A stretch of DNA of 64,000 bases, taken from assembly GCA_963664705.1 (NCBI GenBank), contig OY761556.1, positions 4,640,001-4,704,000 of the forward strand. Direction: 5' to 3'. Origin of the DNA: Acidobacteriota bacterium (GTDB taxonomy: Bacteria; Acidobacteriota; UBA6911). Shown here one piece after another: positions 60,503-64,000 of the stretch. Made by a program: the position numbers and the translations under genes. The stretch's first letter is position 1. Every line of letters starts with the position of its first letter. The notes under the pieces were generated by a model. That model had not been told where the DNA came from. It did not search any database and saw only the letters and a program-made list of their open reading frames with translations.

Positions 60503-61936
60503 CTACTTTTTGGGTTGCTTGAGCGCTGAACGCAGCTTATCTGCCAGCGTTCCAAAACCCTCTTGGGGAGAGTCCTGGCGTTCCGACCACTCGCGCACCT
60601 CTTCGGCTTCGCGTGCTTCAATGATCGCCTTGGCGCTCAGGCGGATCCGTCGTCCCGATGGGTCGACTTCAAGCACGCTGACCTCCACCTCCGCTCCAAC
60701 CGGAAAGACCTTTTGCACTTCGCTTTCCTTCCCAACTCCAGTCTCGTTCATGGGGATCAGGCCGGTTTTTCCGGGAGCAAGGAAAACGAAGACTCCAAAC
60801 TTCTCGTGTCGTTCGACCTTTCCCTTCAACCGGGCACCCGGGACAATGCCGGGTTTGCGACCGGCAGCAACACTGGTGGCCGCCGCCGAGCCCTCTCCGA
60901 CCAGCGCGACGCCGATCCGTTTTTGATCGAGATCTATAGATAGAACCTCAAAGGTGCCGGACATCCCAGGGGAAACCTGGCTGGACCACCCTCCCGACAG
61001 GGTAGGGGCAAATGTGGAAGCGTGGGCCAGCCCTTCGATTCCCGGCTCGAGTTCCACGAATGCTCCGAATTCGGCGACACGCGTAACGCGGCCGGACCGT
61101 TGTTGGCCTACCGCGTAGCTCTCTCCCACTTTCGACCAGGGATCCGCCGAGAGCTGCTTCAGTCCGAGCGCAATCTTCTGCTTGTCATCCACCCGCAGCA
61201 CTTTTACCGTGATCTCTTCGCCCGGTTTGACAATCTCGGAAGGAGAGGACACGCGTGACCATGACATCTCGGATACATGCAGCAGACCCTGAACTCCGGC
61301 ACCCAGGTCGACGAATGCGCCGAAGTCTCGAATAGAGGTCACACGCCCCGGCAAAACCGCACCGGGAACAATCTTTTCCCGAACAGCCGCGGCATTCGCC
61401 TGCTGTTCCTCCTCAAGGAGAACTCTGCGGGAAATGACGATGTTCTTGCCGCCGTCCTTATATTCGATAATCCGGAATTGATAGAGATTACCTGCATGCG
61501 GAATCGCGTCCGCGCCCCGGACATCAATCTGGGAAATCGGACAGAACGCCCGGTTGCGGCCAAGCCGCACCTCGTAACCACCCTTTACTTCGCGTTCAAC
61601 TTTTCCTTCCACGGGCAGGCCGCTGTGAAAAGCATCCTCAAACTGGCGATCGCTGGCAGCGGCTCCCGCCAATCTCCGAGAGAGTGTGATCCCGCCCGAT
61701 GTAGACAGCACCATCGCCTGAATGCGATCCCCGACGGAAACCTCTATCTGGCCCTCGGCATTTTTCACTTCATCGATATTGAGAACCGCTTCGCCCTTGC
61801 CTCCAACATCAACCAGGGCAACCTCGGGACCGATCGAAACGATAGTCCCCTCAACCAGCTCACCTTTTTCGAGCTGTTTGGTTTGAAGCGAAGCCTCGAA
61901 CATTGCGGCAAAGTCTTCTTCTTCCGGATCACTCAC
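60503..61936 (-). CDS. Ribosomal protein S1-like protein with five S1 domains (probable paralog)
   Basis: EDFAAMFE, DVGGKGE, DFGAFVDLG.GVQGLLHVSE, FGAFVELEPGIEGL, FGVFV, GFGTLADKL; GGAG RBS before GTG. Confidence 0.88.
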   Translation of the reverse strand: MSDPEEEDFAAMFEASLQTKQLEKGELVEGTIVSIGPEVALVDVGGKGEAVLNIDEVKNAEGQIEVSVGDRIQAMVLSTSGGITLSRRLAGAAASDRQFEDAFHSGLPVEGKVEREVKGGYEVRLGRNRAFCPISQIDVRGADAIPHAGNLYQFRIIEYKDGGKNIVISRRVLLEEEQQANAAAVREKIVPGAVLPGRVTSIRDFGAFVDLGAGVQGLLHVSEMSWSRVSSPSEIVKPGEEITVKVLRVDDKQKIALGLKQLSADPWSKVGESYAVGQQRSGRVTRVAEFGAFVELEPGIEGLAHASTFAPTLSGGWSSQVSPGMSGTFEVLSIDLDQKRIGVALVGEGSAAATSVAAGRKPGIVPGARLKGKVERHEKFGVFVFLAPGKTGLIPMNETGVGKESEVQKVFPVGAEVEVSVLEVDPSGRRIRLSAKAIIEAREAEEVREWSERQDSPQEGFGTLADKLRSALKQPKK

Positions 61937-62289
61937 AGCATACTCCTCCGTTTATTTGGTCTCGGTTCGCCGGGAGGCTCTTGTCAGCCTGGACGCGACG
62001 AACAAGCCCCGATTGTACCAACGGGATTCATCCAGAAGAAGCAGGAACCGCTCGGCCCCAACTTGGGCAGCCGGAGGTTAATAAGGATGCTGCTTCTGAC
62101 TTCTATACTTTTCGCAACTAATATTATTATTAAGTTATCAAGGAAATATTTCCCGATCCGAGAATAATTTCCCGCCAAACAGCCTCAAGGAACCGTAACG
62201 GCCAGTCCCCCGGATTATGCTCCGCGATACGCCCTAGGCATACGGCAAGCTGAAGATAGGGTTCATTCAGCGCCATGCCACCTCGCTTC

Positions 62290-62305
62290 TGGCCAACGAA
62301 TTGCT
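62290..62305 (+). promoter_or_regulatory. Sigma-54 (-24/-12) promoter candidate upstream of the large cytochrome gene
   Basis: TGGCCAACGAATTGCT = GG-N10-GC. Confidence 0.55.
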
Positions 62306-62464
62306 TTTATCAGGCAACTGATAACGAGTGTTGTGAAATTTCTGGGATCGTCTGGGGAGTAGTGTGCTTCCGACGCATCCCGGCGGTTCATTCCCATACA
62401 TCCAGGGAACGCGCGAAAGGCACTAAATAATAATCCAAACGTGCCGATGAGAAAGGCAGACTTT

Positions 62465-62490
62465 ATTACTTGCATTATTTCGCAAGTAAT
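62465..62490. promoter_or_regulatory. 10-6-10 palindromic operator ATTACTTGCA-N6-CGCAAGTAAT
   Basis: Perfect 11-bp arms at 62463-62473 and 62482-62492; same motif as 24498-24523. Confidence 0.7.
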
Positions 62491-62609
62491 AATATTAGTG
62501 AAGTAGCCTGGTTCCATCCACGCCTTCAATCTGGAACGGTCCTCCGACCCCACACGGGGAGACACGTACGTTGAATGTACCGTTTAGTACCCGGAAGGAG
62601 AAACCATTT

Positions 62610-64000
62610 ATGTCCAGCTGCATGGCAGATCTACGGGGAACCCCCCCGCTCAAGCCGAACATGCCTGAGAAACCGGCAAGCCCAAACTCCGGCAATCGTC
62701 TGAGAATTACCATCGGAATCGGCCTATTCCTGAGCATATTCCCGGCCGCGTTTGCGTTGAGCTCTTACCTGACTACGTTCGTCAATACCTATCCCGCAGC
62801 AAAATCGACTTCACTCAACAGCTGCGTTCTCTGCCACGTTAACCCGGCAGGAGGAGGCACGCGCAATGCCTACGGAGAGGCGTTCCGAACCGCGGGACAC
62901 AGCTTTACAGCAATCGAAGCCGCCGATTCCGACGGTGACGGATATACGAATATACAGGAGATCAACGCCGGAACATTTCCCGGAGATTCAACCAGCCACC
63001 CCGGAGGAACCACCGATACAACGCCTCCGACTGTGACCAGCTTTACCATACCTTCGACCTCGTCCTCACTGACGGTTTCGATAACCCAGTTCGTCGCAAG
63101 CGACAATATGGGCGTGACCGGCTATCTGCTGACAACCTCTTCAACAAAGCCGACTGCCTCTGCATCCGGATGGGCAACAACTCCTCCGGCCAGCTACACC
63201 TTCAGTGCAGCCGGAACGCAGACGTTGTATGCCTGGGCAAAGGATGCCGCAGCGAACGTATCGAACAGCCTGAGCCGGAGTGTTGTCATCACACTGCCGA
63301 CGGGTCCCGATACCACCGCTCCCGTTGTAAGCCAGTTCAGTCTGCCTTCAACCTCGAGCACATTGGCAGTTTCGATTCTGGCGTTTACTGCCACAGATAA
63401 TATCGGCGTGACCGGCTATCTGCTGACGGCCTCTTCAACAAAGCCGACCGCATCTGCAACCGGATGGGGAGCCACGGCGCCCGCAAGCTACACGTTCGCC
63501 TCGGTGGGAACAAAAACTCTATACGCCTGGGCCAAGGATGCCGCAGGCAACGTATCCGCGGCCAAATCGGCATCCACCAGCATCACGTTGCCTGCGACCT
63601 CTTCCATCAAGTCGATCAATTCGACCAGCCAGAACCGCTCCTCGCTGCCGCAGGTTCCGGTGTCGGAACAGAGCCGCACACAGCTTGCAGGCTACCAAAT
63701 GGTCGCCGCCAATGACCTGGGAATGCACTGTCAGGATGTCGATCAGCGCGTAGCCAGCATTCTGCCGCCATTTAATGTTCTGCATGCACAGGTCATCAAG
63801 AAAGGCCATCAACCTGTCATCCTCGATGGAACACAGGCAGAGGTGGTCTACTCAGCGGCTTCGAACCCGCAGGATCCCGCACTGGCCAACCCGGTCCCCG
63901 GGATGGTATACAAAACAAATTTCTGGGATGTCAATCCCAGGACGGGCAAACCGATTGCCTATGACGCATTCGACGCCTATTATCCGGCCGGCATCCTGCA
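62610..64000 (+). CDS. 3'-partial large secreted c-type cytochrome with Ig-like repeats (absent from the ORF track)
   Basis: Hand translation: AAGGAG RBS, ATG 62610 (or 62661), signal peptide, CVLCH (62823-62837), DSDGDGYTNIQE, two DTTxP...YAWAKDAAxNVS repeats, then ANDLGMHC...ILPPFN; frame is open to the window end. Confidence 0.85.
   Translation, partial: MSSCMADLRGTPPLKPNMPEKPASPNSGNRLRITIGIGLFLSIFPAAFALSSYLTTFVNTYPAAKSTSLNSCVLCHVNPAGGGTRNAYGEAFRTAGHSFTAIEAADSDGDGYTNIQEINAGTFPGDSTSHPGGTTDTTPPTVTSFTIPSTSSSLTVSITQFVASDNMGVTGYLLTTSSTKPTASASGWATTPPASYTFSAAGTQTLYAWAKDAAANVSNSLSRSVVITLPTGPDTTAPVVSQFSLPSTSSTLAVSILAFTATDNIGVTGYLLTASSTKPTASATGWGATAPASYTFASVGTKTLYAWAKDAAGNVSAAKSASTSITLPATSSIKSINSTSQNRSSLPQVPVSEQSRTQLAGYQMVAANDLGMHCQDVDQRVASILPPFNVLHAQVIKKGHQPVILDGTQAEVVYSAASNPQDPALANPVPGMVYKTNFWDVNPRTGKPIAYDAFDAYYPAGIL

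Noticed and set aside
62352-62440. yybP-ykoY or c-di-GMP riboswitch in the cytochrome leader
   Set aside because: GGGGAGTAG is present, but I could not find the downstream conserved elements; needs an Rfam scan
1-64000. Prophage, integrase, transposase, defence system, tRNA or rRNA
   Set aside because: No recognisable signatures on either strand

Overview
A 64-kb gene-dense bacterial chromosomal segment of moderate GC. The Oar-type TonB receptor, squalene-hopene cyclase, glycyl-radical enzyme, [NiFe] hydrogenase, multi-PAS kinases and repeat families suggest an anaerobic or facultative Acidobacteriota-like organism (inference only). I found no rRNA, tRNA, CRISPR array, integrase or transposase. 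Contents in order: partial aldo/keto reductase, standalone sigma-region-4 protein, RsbW-like kinase, S8 protease with WGDGVL repeats, Tat carboxylesterase, TPR lipoprotein, ArsM-like methyltransferase, Cys-rich leader plus OprC-like copper receptor, hypAB plus Fe-S protein, GH3 glucosidase, Oar receptor plus TonB, ArsR and cytochrome c, DUF1847 and MBL hydrolase, DedA-rhodanese, NIT-MCP and kinase operon, Tat [NiFe] hydrogenase operon, shc, a glycyl-radical enzyme cluster, a YfiR/kinase/TonB-receptor block, an S1 paralog, and a large secreted cytochrome running off the end. The strongest leads are: (1) a glycyl-radical enzyme with a non-canonical GCVYP active-site loop, clustered with an activase, an SDR and a cupin; (2) a hidden selenoprotein, the DedA-rhodanese, with an in-frame UGA in a CxU motif; (3) a hydrogenase small subunit ending in a CxxCH heme-c motif instead of a membrane anchor; (4) a CruR/DUF2946-like Cys-rich leader with an SD-sequestering RNA structure ahead of the copper receptor; (5) one 10-6-10 palindromic operator upstream of two cytochrome genes 38 kb apart; (6) several dispersed or duplicated repeat structures. 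All family calls come from motif recognition by eye, not from database searches.
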